Shown: piece by piece, positions 37,572 to 46,395 of the stretch | Layout of the letters: each line of letters begins with the position of its first letter | Position numbering within the stretch: position 1 is the stretch's first letter | Translations under genes and position numbers: made by a program | Notes under the pieces: model-generated | The model's input: the letters and a program-made list of their open reading frames with translations, nothing else | What the model was told of the DNA's origin: nothing | Databases searched by the model: none | NCBI GenBank assembly: GCA_963741945.1 | Contig: CAVUKA010000005.1 | Span: 416,001 to 480,000 of the forward strand | Length of the DNA stretch: 64,000 bases | Direction: 5' to 3' | Origin: an uncultured Gemmatimonadales bacterium | GTDB lineage: Bacteria > Gemmatimonadota > Gemmatimonadetes > Longimicrobiales > RSA9

Positions 37572-38630
37572 ATGCGAATTCTGGCGTACACGTTCTACGG
37601 CAACAGTCTTTCCACCTGGGCGCTGGCCGTCCTGCTCGGCCTCGTGATCCTGGCGGCACTCTTCTTCCTGCGCCGGCTCGTCCTCCGCACCCTCACCGGC
37701 TTCTCCCGGCGCACCGCCACGGAGTTCGACGACATCGCCGCCGCGGTCCTGGCCAGCACCCACGGCTTCTTCCTCTTCGCCCTGGCGCTCCTGGCCGCCA
37801 TCCAGGTCCTGGTCCTGCCCGGTAGTGTCGGGCTCGTCGTGCGGGGGATCGCCTCCCTGGCCACCCTCCTCCAGCTCGCGCTCTGGGGCAACACTGCCAT
37901 CGGCGCCTTCCTCCACCGCTACACGACCCAGCGCCTCGAGGAGGATGCCGCGGCCGCCACGACCATGAGATTCGTGGGATTCCTCCTGCGCCTCTCGCTC
38001 TGGGTCATCATCGGCCTGGTGGCCCTGGACACGGCCGGAATCGACATTACCGCGCTCATCGCCGGCCTCGGCGTCGGCGGCATCGCCGTCGCCCTCGCCG
38101 TCCAGAACATCCTCGGCGACCTCTTCGCCTCGCTCAGCATCGTCCTCGACAAGCCGTTCGTCCTCGGCGACTTCATCATTGTGGGCGACATGATGGGCAC
38201 CGTGGAGCACATAGGGCTGAAGACCACGCGCATCCGAAGCCTCTCCGGCGAGCAGCTCGTTTTCAGCAACAACGACCTCCTCTCCAGCCGCATCCGCAAC
38301 TACAAGCGCATGCAGGAGCGGCGGATCGTCTTCTCTTTCGGGGTGGTCTACCAGACGCCCCCGGACCAGCTGGAGCAGATCCCCACCCTCGTGAGGGAAG
38401 CGGTCGAGCACCAGGAGAACACGCGTCTCGACCGCGTCCACTTCGCCCGCTTCGGGGGCTCTTCCCTCGATTTCGAGGTGGTGTACTACATGCTCGTGCC
38501 CGATTACAACAGCTACATGGACACGCAGCAGGCCATCAACCTGGAACTGTTCCGCCGGTTCGCCACCCTCGGCATCGAGTTCGCCTATCCCACGCAGACC
38601 CTGTATGTGGCCCACGAAGACGCGGACTGA
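37572..38630 (+). CDS. Small-conductance mechanosensitive channel family protein
   Basis: ALIAGLGVGGIAVALAVQNILGD, DKPFVLGD, GTVEHIGLKTTRIR, IEFAYP. Confidence 0.94.
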   Translation: MRILAYTFYGNSLSTWALAVLLGLVILAALFFLRRLVLRTLTGFSRRTATEFDDIAAAVLASTHGFFLFALALLAAIQVLVLPGSVGLVVRGIASLATLLQLALWGNTAIGAFLHRYTTQRLEEDAAAATTMRFVGFLLRLSLWVIIGLVALDTAGIDITALIAGLGVGGIAVALAVQNILGDLFASLSIVLDKPFVLGDFIIVGDMMGTVEHIGLKTTRIRSLSGEQLVFSNNDLLSSRIRNYKRMQERRIVFSFGVVYQTPPDQLEQIPTLVREAVEHQENTRLDRVHFARFGGSSLDFEVVYYMLVPDYNSYMDTQQAINLELFRRFATLGIEFAYPTQTLYVAHEDAD

Positions 38631-38682
38631 CCCACCGGTGCGCCGGCGCTGTCCGGCCGCGCTCGCACGCTCGTAGAGCCGC

Positions 38683-39939
38683 ATGGTGCGACGGTTTCGG
38701 TTCCCGCGCTTCACCCGCGCCGACCTGGAGCAGCTCGGCCCGCTCGACACTTCCCCCGTCTCGACGAGTGAGCTCGCCCTCGTCCTCACCGGCGGTGGAG
38801 CACGCGCCGCCTACCAGGTCGGGACCCTCCGCTGCCTCGCCCGCCACTTCCCTGCGCTCGGCATCCCGATCATCACCGGGGTGTCCGCCGGCGCCGTCAA
38901 CGCCGTGCACCTGGCCGCACACCACGGGACGTTTCCCCAGGCCGTGGAGGAGCTCACCGCCCTGTGGGAGGAGCTCACCACCGAGCGGGTCTTCCGCACC
39001 GACCCCGCCCACCTGGCATGGAGCACATCCCGGTGGATCGCTCGCCTCCTCTCCGGCGGCGCACTCCCGGCTCCAGAGGTGCGAGGGCTGCTGGACACGG
39101 CCCCGCTGGCCGCTTTCCTTGCCGAGACCATGGTGGCCATCGAGGGGGAAATCACCGGCATCGACTACAATCTTCACCGCGGCACGCTCAAGGCCGTGGC
39201 CGTCAGCGCCATCAGCTACACCACCGGGCAGAACGTGGTGTTCGTGCAGGGGCGTGACATCGAAGTCTGGGAGCGGCCGCACCGCAAGAGCGTCCAGACC
39301 CGGCTGCGCGTGGACCATGTCATGGCCTCCGCGGCCCTGCCCGGGTTCTTCCCCGCCATCCGGATCGGCGACCAGTGGTACGGCGACGGAGGGATCCGTC
39401 TCACGGCTCCGCTCTCCCCCGCCCTCCACCTCGGTGCGCGGCGGATCCTGAGCATTTCCACGCGCGCGGAGACATCACAGGAAGAGGCGGACCGTCCCGA
39501 AGTTTCCGGCTACCCGCCGCCGGCCCAGATCCTGGGCACGCTGACGCAGTCGGTGTTCCTCGACACCATGGACCAGGACGTGCTCCGCCTCCAGACGCTG
39601 AACCGGCTCCTCGAGCGGATCCCCCCGGAGGAGAGAGGCGGGATGCGGATCGTGCGCAGCGTAAACATCCGCCCCTCTCGAGACCTCTCCGCGCTGGCCC
39701 GCGACTTCGAGCCGCGCCTCCCCCGCAGCTTCCGCTTCCTCACCCGCGGTCTCGGGACCACCCGCACCGGCAGTCCGGACGTCCTCGCCCTCATGATGTT
39801 CCAGCCGGACTACATCCGCACGCTCATTCAACTCGGCGATGACGATGCCGAAGCCCGCCTGGACGACATTCGCCTGCTCCTCGATCTCGACGTCCCCGGT
39901 GACACGCACCCCGAGCGGCGATCTGCGGAATCCCGCTGA
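38683..39939 (+). CDS. Patatin-like phospholipase
   Basis: GGGARAAYQVG, GVSAG, DGG. Confidence 0.92.
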   Translation: MVRRFRFPRFTRADLEQLGPLDTSPVSTSELALVLTGGGARAAYQVGTLRCLARHFPALGIPIITGVSAGAVNAVHLAAHHGTFPQAVEELTALWEELTTERVFRTDPAHLAWSTSRWIARLLSGGALPAPEVRGLLDTAPLAAFLAETMVAIEGEITGIDYNLHRGTLKAVAVSAISYTTGQNVVFVQGRDIEVWERPHRKSVQTRLRVDHVMASAALPGFFPAIRIGDQWYGDGGIRLTAPLSPALHLGARRILSISTRAETSQEEADRPEVSGYPPPAQILGTLTQSVFLDTMDQDVLRLQTLNRLLERIPPEERGGMRIVRSVNIRPSRDLSALARDFEPRLPRSFRFLTRGLGTTRTGSPDVLALMMFQPDYIRTLIQLGDDDAEARLDDIRLLLDLDVPGDTHPERRSAESR

Positions 39940-39960
39940 GCTGCCCGAATCCCGCTGAGC
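39928..39960 (+). repeat. 14-bp direct repeat duplicating the patatin stop region
   Basis: GAATCCCGCTGAGC at 39928-39941 and 39947-39960. Confidence 0.8.
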
Positions 39961-40012
39961 GCCGCCCTCCCCTTCACCCCGCGGCTGACCACCCGCCGGC
40001 CCACGCCGCCGC

Positions 40013-41233
40013 TCAGCCGCCTCCCGCCTTCATATCCATGACCGCGTCCAGCGGCAGCGCTTCCACCCGGCCGCGGTTCCCCGATACGCTCGTGGCCTTG
40101 AACAGGGAGTTGTAGATCGCTTCCTCGGTGGCCTCCGCCGCCGCCTGGAACAACGGCGACATCAGGTCGTTCGGCACGTCCGACACCGCGCGCGGAGCGG
40201 CCGCATCCCCGCGGCGCACGGATTCCGCCGTCGAAAACGCGATCACGTAGTCGCCGGAACCGTTGCTCATGATGGAGCCCGTGCGCGCCAACCCCGCCAG
40301 CGCCCGCTGCGCGAGGCGCTCCAGGCTGCGCGAAGTCAGCGGCGCGTCCGTCGCCAGCACGATCATGATGCTGCCGTCACCGCCGTCCCGCTCCGGCGCT
40401 CCAGCGTCCAGCGCCTCCCTGAACGGATACCGACCCAGCCTCTGCCCCACCGGACGCCCGGCCACCGTGAGCACCCCGCCATAGTTGGTCTGCACCAGCG
40501 CCCCCACCGTCCAGCCGCCCAGACTCGCGGGCAATGCGCGAGACGACGTCCCGATCCCGCCCTTCCAGCCGAACGCCACGGTCCCCGTGCCCGCACCCAC
40601 GCTCCCTTCCTCCACGCTCCCGCCCCGCGCTCCCTCCAGCGCCGCCACCACGTGCTCGGGCCGGATCGGCCGGGCACGGATGTCGTTCAGGTAGCCATCG
40701 TTCGTCTCGCCCACCACTGGATTGATCGACCGCACATCCTCCATGCCCGGCCGCGCAAGCAGCCAGGCCACCATCGCGTCCGCCGCTCGCCACACGCACA
40801 GCGTGCACGTCAACAGGATCGGTGTCTCGATCTCTCCAAGCTCCCGTACCTGCGTCACACCCAGCAGCTTACCGAACCCGTTCCCCACAACGATCGCCGC
40901 CGGCACCTTCTCGTGGAACGTGTCCCCCGCGTGCGGCACCACGGCCGTCACCCCCGTTCGCACACTGTCTCCCTCCACCACCGTGACCTGCCCCACCCGC
41001 ACACCCGCCACATCCGTGATCGCGTTCAGCCGGCCCGGCGGCAGGATCCCTACCACGATCCCCGCCTCCCGCGCCCGCGGCCGCTCCCCGCTCTGCTCCA
41101 TCATGCTCCCCTCCTGAGCCACCGCCCCGGTCGCCCGCCACCCACACACCAGCAGCGTGACCAGAAGCGCCAGCAGGATCCGCATCAGCACTCGGATGCC
41201 CGCCTGAGCGCGCGAGCTCGCTCTTGCCATCAT
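40013..41233 (-). CDS. P1/S58 family (DmpA-like) aminopeptidase
   Basis: NAITDVAGVRVG, NGFGK, ETNDG, GWKGGIGTSSR, NGSGD autoprocessing site; start uncertain (41233 or 41185). Confidence 0.92.
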   Translation of the reverse strand: MMARASSRAQAGIRVLMRILLALLVTLLVCGWRATGAVAQEGSMMEQSGERPRAREAGIVVGILPPGRLNAITDVAGVRVGQVTVVEGDSVRTGVTAVVPHAGDTFHEKVPAAIVVGNGFGKLLGVTQVRELGEIETPILLTCTLCVWRAADAMVAWLLARPGMEDVRSINPVVGETNDGYLNDIRARPIRPEHVVAALEGARGGSVEEGSVGAGTGTVAFGWKGGIGTSSRALPASLGGWTVGALVQTNYGGVLTVAGRPVGQRLGRYPFREALDAGAPERDGGDGSIMIVLATDAPLTSRSLERLAQRALAGLARTGSIMSNGSGDYVIAFSTAESVRRGDAAAPRAVSDVPNDLMSPLFQAAAEATEEAIYNSLFKATSVSGNRGRVEALPLDAVMDMKAGGG

Positions 41234-41400
41234 CCTTCCATCCTCCCTCGGCGACCCGATCACGTCACCCGACCACGCAGGATCCCGAACGCGCGGGCGG
41301 GATGCCCGGCCTCGCCACAATGGAGCGGGCGCCGGCCCGCGGTCAACCTCGCCCGCCTTCCGTGGCGCCCGCATCCAGGTCCCTCGTCCGCCCCGACCCC

Positions 41401-41466
41401 GTGTAGGGCATTACCCGTCGAGGTGGTAGGGCAACACTTGACTGGCCGGTAATATTCTCCTACCCT
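41401..41466 (+). promoter_or_regulatory. Oxidase operon promoter with upstream repeated boxes
   Basis: TTGACT (41438)-N17-TACCCT (41461); GTAGGGCA direct repeats at 41403 and 41426. Confidence 0.65.
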
Positions 41467-41505
41467 TTTCGGCTCCGGGGCCCCGGCTGCGGCCCCGTTT
41501 CGCCG

Positions 41506-42738
41506 ATGAACACCGGACCGTACATGCGAGAAGGAATCACCCGATTCGGGCGCCGCCTGATTCCAGTGGCGCTCCTGGTGCTGGCGGCCTGCGCGGAGGA
41601 TCACCCGCAGACCATGATCCGTCCGGTCACCGAGTATGGCCGGATCCAGACCGACCTCTGGGGGCTCGTGACGTGGATAACGGTCGCGATCCTGGTGGTG
41701 GTGTTCGGCGCGCTCGCGGTGATCCTCGTCCGGTTCCGGGATCGCCCCGGCCGCGGGGACCCGAAGCCGATCTACGGGAACAGCAAGCTGGAAATCGCCT
41801 GGACGGTGATCCCCGCGGTGCTCATTCTGGTGATCGCGATCCCGACGATCCGCTCGATCTTCCTGACCCAGCCGAAGCCGCCGGCCGACGCATTGGTCAT
41901 CCAGGTGACGGGGCACCAGTGGTGGTGGGAGTTCCACTACCCGGCGCAGGGCGTGACCACGGCGAACGAGTTCTACGTCCCAGTGGGCCGGCCCCTCGCC
42001 CTGGAGCTGAGCTCGGCGGACGTGATCCACAGCTTCTGGATCCCGCGGCTCGGGGGGAAGAAGGACGCGAACCCGGTGGTGCGGACGCCGGAAGGCATAC
42101 CGGCGCCCCACCAGAACACGATCGTGCTGGAAGTGGACTCGGCCGGGGAGTACCTGGGCCAGTGCGCCGGCTTCTGTGGCGCGTCGCACGCCCTGATGCG
42201 GATGCGTGCCGTGGCGGTCTCGCCCGCCGCGTTCGATGCCTGGGTCCGCGACATGAAGACGCCGGTCGAGCCGAGCAGTGATCTGGCGAAGCAGGGGAAG
42301 CAGATCTTCCTCTCCAGCACGTGCATTGCGTGCCACACCGTCGAGGGGACCTCGGCGCAGGGGAAGATCGGACCGAACCTCTCGCTCCTGGGCGAGCGCT
42401 GGGCCATCGGAGCGGGGGCGCTGGACAACACGCCCGCGAACGTCCAGCGCTGGGTGTTGCACGCGCCCGAGATCAAGGACGGCATCATTATGCCGGGCGC
42501 CGAAGTGGGCGCGGGCGGCATGCCCCCCACCGGCCTCTCGGATGAGGACGCCCGGGCCGTGGCGGCCTATCTCAGCGACCTGCGCCGCCCGCTCTACCAG
42601 GGTCCCGTCAAGCCAGGGGCAGCAGTGCGGCGCGACTCCGCCTCACCGGCAGCGGCGCCCGCCACGGACTCCGCCACTGCGGGCACGGCGGCGCCGTCGA
42701 GTGACAGCAGCGTGATCTCCGCGGCGCAGCCGCGATAG
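41506..42738 (+). CDS. coxB: Cytochrome c oxidase subunit II with fused cytochrome c (caa3-type)
   Basis: LAAC lipobox, LEIAWT, GHQWWW, DVIHSFW, CuA C-x3-C-x3-H-x2-M, heme c CIACH. Confidence 0.96.
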   Translation: MNTGPYMREGITRFGRRLIPVALLVLAACAEDHPQTMIRPVTEYGRIQTDLWGLVTWITVAILVVVFGALAVILVRFRDRPGRGDPKPIYGNSKLEIAWTVIPAVLILVIAIPTIRSIFLTQPKPPADALVIQVTGHQWWWEFHYPAQGVTTANEFYVPVGRPLALELSSADVIHSFWIPRLGGKKDANPVVRTPEGIPAPHQNTIVLEVDSAGEYLGQCAGFCGASHALMRMRAVAVSPAAFDAWVRDMKTPVEPSSDLAKQGKQIFLSSTCIACHTVEGTSAQGKIGPNLSLLGERWAIGAGALDNTPANVQRWVLHAPEIKDGIIMPGAEVGAGGMPPTGLSDEDARAVAAYLSDLRRPLYQGPVKPGAAVRRDSASPAAAPATDSATAGTAAPSSDSSVISAAQPR

Positions 42739-42762
42739 CCGACGACTGGACCGGATACGACC

Positions 42763-44571
42763 ATGGCAACTGCCGAAGCATACGCGCCTGTGAAGCCGCG
42801 CGGACGGAGCGGGATCTGGGACTGGCTGACCACGATCGACCACAAGAAGATCGGCATCCTGTACGGCGCCACGGCCCTCGTGTTCTTCATCCTGGGCGGG
42901 CTGGAAGCGCTCATCATCCGCTGGCAGCTGGCGCAGCCCGGCATGGACGTGGTGAGCCCGGACGTCTACAACCAGCTGTTCACCATGCACGGCCTCACCA
43001 TGGTCTTCCTGGTGGGCATGCCCATCGCCGTGGCGTTCTTCAACTACGTCGTGCCCCTCCAGATCGGGGCGCGGGACGTGGCGTTCCCCCGGCTCAACGC
43101 CTTCTCCTACTGGGTCTTCCTCTTTGGCGGGATCTTCATCTACTCCAGCTGGCTCATCGGCGCCGCCCCCAACGGCGGGTGGTTCAATTACGCGAACCTC
43201 AGCACTGTCCAGTATTCGCCCGGGCCGAACATCGACTTCTACGCCCTCGGCCTCCAGATCCTGGGCATCGCCTCCATCGCGGGCGGCGTGAACTTCATCA
43301 CCACCATCATCAACCTGCGAACGCCCGGCATGAAGCTCATGCGCATGCCGCTGTTCACATGGATGGCGTTCGTCACCAGCTTCATCATCATCACCGCCCT
43401 GCCCGTGCTCGCGGTCGCCCTCTTCATGCTCACGTTCGACCGCTTCTGGGGTACGAACTTCTTCAATGTGGCAGCGGGCGGAGACCCGATCCTCTGGGAG
43501 CACCTGTTCTGGCTCTTCGGCCACCCCGAGGTCTACATCCTCATCCTCCCCGCCTTCGGCATCGCCTCCGAGGTCATTCCCACCTTCTCCCGCAAGCCGC
43601 TCTTCGGCTACGCCATCATGGTGTTCAGCGGTGCGCTCATCGGCTTCATCAGCTGGGGCGTCTGGAGTCACCACATGTTCACCACGGGCCTCGGCCCCGT
43701 GGCCGACTCCTTCTTCACCATCAGCACCATGATCATCGCCATCCCCACGGGCGTGAAGATCTTCAACTGGCTCGCCACCATGTGGGGCGGGAAACTCTGG
43801 TTCAGCACCTCCATGATGTTCGCCGTGGCCATGGTGGCGCTCTTCACCATCGGCGGGATCAGCGGCATCATGCACTCCGCTTCACCCGCCGACCTCCAGC
43901 AGCACAACACCTACTTCGTCGTGGCGCACTTCCACTACGTGCTCATCGGCGGGCTCATCATGGGCGTGTTCTCCGGCTTCTACTACTGGTACCCGAAGGT
44001 CAGCGGGCACATGCTCAGCGAGACGCTGGGGAAGTGGCATTTCTGGCTCTTCGTCATCGGCTTCAACTTCGTCTTCTTCCCCATGCACTTCGTGGGGCTC
44101 CTGGGCATGCCACGCCGCATCTACACCTACGCCCCCGAGCTTCACCTCGGCGGCATCAACCTCTTCATGTCACTGAGCGCTCCGCTCATGGCCTTCGGCA
44201 CCCTCGCCTTCGCCTGGAACCTCGTGCGCAGCTGGCGCAGGGGTGTGCCCGCCGGCGACAACCCCTGGGGCGCCGCCACTCTCGAGTGGGCCACGACCTC
44301 ACCGCCGCCCGTCTACAATTACGCCGAGCTGCCCGAAGTCCGCAGCCGGAACCCCCTCTGGGACCACCCGGACAACTACGACGAGCGCGTCTGGCGCGAG
44401 CCCCCGGGCGGGGTCCACATGCCCAATCCCTCGTTCTGGCCCCTGGTTACGGCGGCCTGCACCGCCAGCACGCTCATCCTGTTCATGACCGACATCTGGT
44501 GGATGCCGCTGATCGGCCTCGCGGCCACCGCCATCGCAGTGATCAACTGGGCCTTCGAGCCGGCTGGCTGA
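42763..44571 (+). CDS. ctaD: Cytochrome c oxidase subunit I (A1 type)
   Basis: DHKKIG, DVAFPRLN (D-channel), GHPEVY, WSHH, PTGVK (K-channel), VAHFHY, GMPRR. Confidence 0.98.
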   Translation: MATAEAYAPVKPRGRSGIWDWLTTIDHKKIGILYGATALVFFILGGLEALIIRWQLAQPGMDVVSPDVYNQLFTMHGLTMVFLVGMPIAVAFFNYVVPLQIGARDVAFPRLNAFSYWVFLFGGIFIYSSWLIGAAPNGGWFNYANLSTVQYSPGPNIDFYALGLQILGIASIAGGVNFITTIINLRTPGMKLMRMPLFTWMAFVTSFIIITALPVLAVALFMLTFDRFWGTNFFNVAAGGDPILWEHLFWLFGHPEVYILILPAFGIASEVIPTFSRKPLFGYAIMVFSGALIGFISWGVWSHHMFTTGLGPVADSFFTISTMIIAIPTGVKIFNWLATMWGGKLWFSTSMMFAVAMVALFTIGGISGIMHSASPADLQQHNTYFVVAHFHYVLIGGLIMGVFSGFYYWYPKVSGHMLSETLGKWHFWLFVIGFNFVFFPMHFVGLLGMPRRIYTYAPELHLGGINLFMSLSAPLMAFGTLAFAWNLVRSWRRGVPAGDNPWGAATLEWATTSPPPVYNYAELPEVRSRNPLWDHPDNYDERVWREPPGGVHMPNPSFWPLVTAACTASTLILFMTDIWWMPLIGLAATAIAVINWAFEPAG

Positions 44572-44585
44572 GGAGTTAGACGACG

Positions 44586-45191
44586 ATGGAAGCGCACGCG
44601 CACGCCGTTTCACAGCACGCGGCCCACCCGCCTACCACGACCGGGATCCCCACCTGGAAGCTCGGCTTCTGGACGTTCCTCGGCTCGGAGACCCTGTTCT
44701 TCGGCTCCTTCATCTCCACGTACCTGATCTACGCAGGGCGCAGCGTCGCCGGGCCGTATCCCGCGGACGTTATCAACATTCCGCTCACCTCGATCAGCAC
44801 CTTCGTCCTGCTCATGTCCAGTCTCGCCATGGTGCTCGCCCTGGCCAACGTGCAGCGAGGGAACCGCAAGTGGGGCTTCATCTTCCTTCTCGTCACCGCC
44901 GCACTCGGGCTCACCTTCCTCGGGTTCCAGGCGTTCGAGTTCACCCACTTCTACCACGAGGGGCTGACCCTCAGCAAGAACGTATTCGGCTCCTCTTTCT
45001 TCATTCTCACCGGGTTCCACGGCGCCCACGTCTCCATCGGCGTGATCTGGCTCCTCATCCTTTCACTCCAGGTCTTCGCCGGACGCGTCGGGCCCGGCGA
45101 CTCCCTCAAGGTCGAGGTGGCCGGCCTCTACTGGCACTTCGTGGACATCGTGTGGATCGCCATCTTCACTCTCGTTTACCTGATCCGCTGA
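44586..45191 (+). CDS. ctaE: Cytochrome c oxidase subunit III
   Basis: FLGSE, LTGFHGAHV, YWHFVDIVW. Confidence 0.95.
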   Translation: MEAHAHAVSQHAAHPPTTTGIPTWKLGFWTFLGSETLFFGSFISTYLIYAGRSVAGPYPADVINIPLTSISTFVLLMSSLAMVLALANVQRGNRKWGFIFLLVTAALGLTFLGFQAFEFTHFYHEGLTLSKNVFGSSFFILTGFHGAHVSIGVIWLLILSLQVFAGRVGPGDSLKVEVAGLYWHFVDIVWIAIFTLVYLIR

Positions 45192-45209
45192 CCTGAATCG
45201 GAGCCCCCC

Positions 45210-45545
45210 ATGGTTCACGCAGACATCGAAACCAGCAGCCACGCTGAACAGCACGAGCAGAAGCACCCCGGCTGGAGCACCTACGTCATTATCGCTGTCG
45301 TGCTCACCGCCATCACGTTCGTCGAGGTCGCCGTCTTCTACATCCCGGCCCTGCACCCCGTCCTCGTCCCCACGCTCGTCACCCTCTCCGCCACCAAGTT
45401 CGCTCTCGTCGTCATGTTCTACATGCACCTGAAGATGGACAGCCGCATCTTCACCGGCGTCTTCGCCGCCCCCCTCGCCCTCGCCCTCTTCCTCGTGATC
45501 GCTCTCGTCGTCCTCTTCAAGGTGCTCCCCACACAGCTCACCTGA
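45210..45545 (+). CDS. ctaF: Cytochrome c oxidase subunit IV family
   Basis: 3 TMs; KFALVVMFYMHLK. Confidence 0.88.
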   Translation: MVHADIETSSHAEQHEQKHPGWSTYVIIAVVLTAITFVEVAVFYIPALHPVLVPTLVTLSATKFALVVMFYMHLKMDSRIFTGVFAAPLALALFLVIALVVLFKVLPTQLT

Positions 45546-45606
45546 GCAACAGGGCGCGCGGCACCCGAACGTTGCGCCGCCGCCCGAACCTCCGCACCTT
45601 CTCCCC

Positions 45607-46068
45607 ATGAGCCGCCGAACGCCTCGTCTCGCGACCCTCCTCGCCACGACGATCCTCGCCGGCTGCCACATCCCCGCATGGCCCGTCGAAGGCACCGTCT
45701 CCTCGCCCTTCGGACTCCGTCACGATGGCTTCCGCTTCGACATCCACCGCGGCATCGACATCGCCGTGCCCGCCGGTACTCCCGTCCACGCCATGGAGCC
45801 CGGCCGCGTCGTCTTCTCCGGTTTCCTCTCCGGCTACGGCCGCGTTGTCATCCTCGACCACGGCGGCGGACTCCGATCCCTCTATGCACACCTCTCCCAG
45901 ATCCGCGTCGCGACCGGCGATGCCGTCGACGACCACGGCCTCCTCGGACTCTCCGGCTCCAGCGGAAACGCCTCCGGACCCCACCTCCACTTCGAGATCC
46001 TTCGCGATGGCACCCCCGCCGACCCCGTCCCCCTCCTCGGGAGTCGTCCCCGCCCACAAGGCTCTTGA
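45607..46068 (+). CDS. Minimal M23 family metallopeptidase (lipoprotein)
   Basis: LAGC lipobox; HRGID, YAHLS, GPHLHFE. Confidence 0.92.
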   Translation: MSRRTPRLATLLATTILAGCHIPAWPVEGTVSSPFGLRHDGFRFDIHRGIDIAVPAGTPVHAMEPGRVVFSGFLSGYGRVVILDHGGGLRSLYAHLSQIRVATGDAVDDHGLLGLSGSSGNASGPHLHFEILRDGTPADPVPLLGSRPRPQGS

Positions 46069-46094
46069 CACGAAGACACTGACTCTGTTATTCA
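46065..46094 (+). promoter_or_regulatory. Putative sigma70 promoter with no downstream CDS
   Basis: TTGACA (46065-46070), then TG-n-TATTCA (46086-46094) in a locally AT-rich patch. Confidence 0.55.
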
Positions 46095-46096
46095 AA

Positions 46097-46381
46097 GGCT
46101 CGTGTAGGGAAAACCCCCACGCGAGACCGGCGGGAGTGTAGGCCAAACCCCTCCACGAGGGCCCTCGAACCGGATGCAGCGGGCCGCTCTGCCTCCCGGG
46201 CTGCGGTGCCGGCGGGAGGGGTGCCTGGCAGACCGCGAGGGGCGGGCCTGCGGACGCTGCCCGTGTGAGGGGCTCGGATTTCAGCACGCCTTCAGCGCCG
46301 ACCCGAGGCGCCAGGGATGAAGCGGGAAGCCCCAGGGCTGACTCCCGGATCGTCGTGAGACGAGCCCGGAGTCGCCCCCCG
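46097..46381 (+). ncRNA. Candidate structured non-coding RNA of unknown class (~280 nt)
   Basis: Gap between convergent genes, downstream of an orphan promoter; nested helices and GNRA tetraloops (GCGA, GTGA) on the + strand. No SRP, RNase P or tmRNA signature recognised. Confidence 0.55.
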
Positions 46382-46395
46382 CGCTGATCGGTGCT

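Noticed and set aside
39928-39960. Direct repeat as an attachment site or target duplication
   Set aside because: The copies are only 5 bp apart with no element between them; most likely a local slippage duplication.
46174-46320. 48-aa Cys-rich ORF within the candidate ncRNA
   Set aside because: No well-placed SD and atypical codon usage; Cys/Arg/Gly richness is expected by chance in GC-rich structured DNA. It is not fully excluded.
46097-46381. Identification as SRP RNA, RNase P RNA, tmRNA or c-di-GMP/cobalamin riboswitch
   Set aside because: The diagnostic motifs (SRP helix 8, GAGGAAAGUCC, tRNA-like ends, aptamer cores) are not present.
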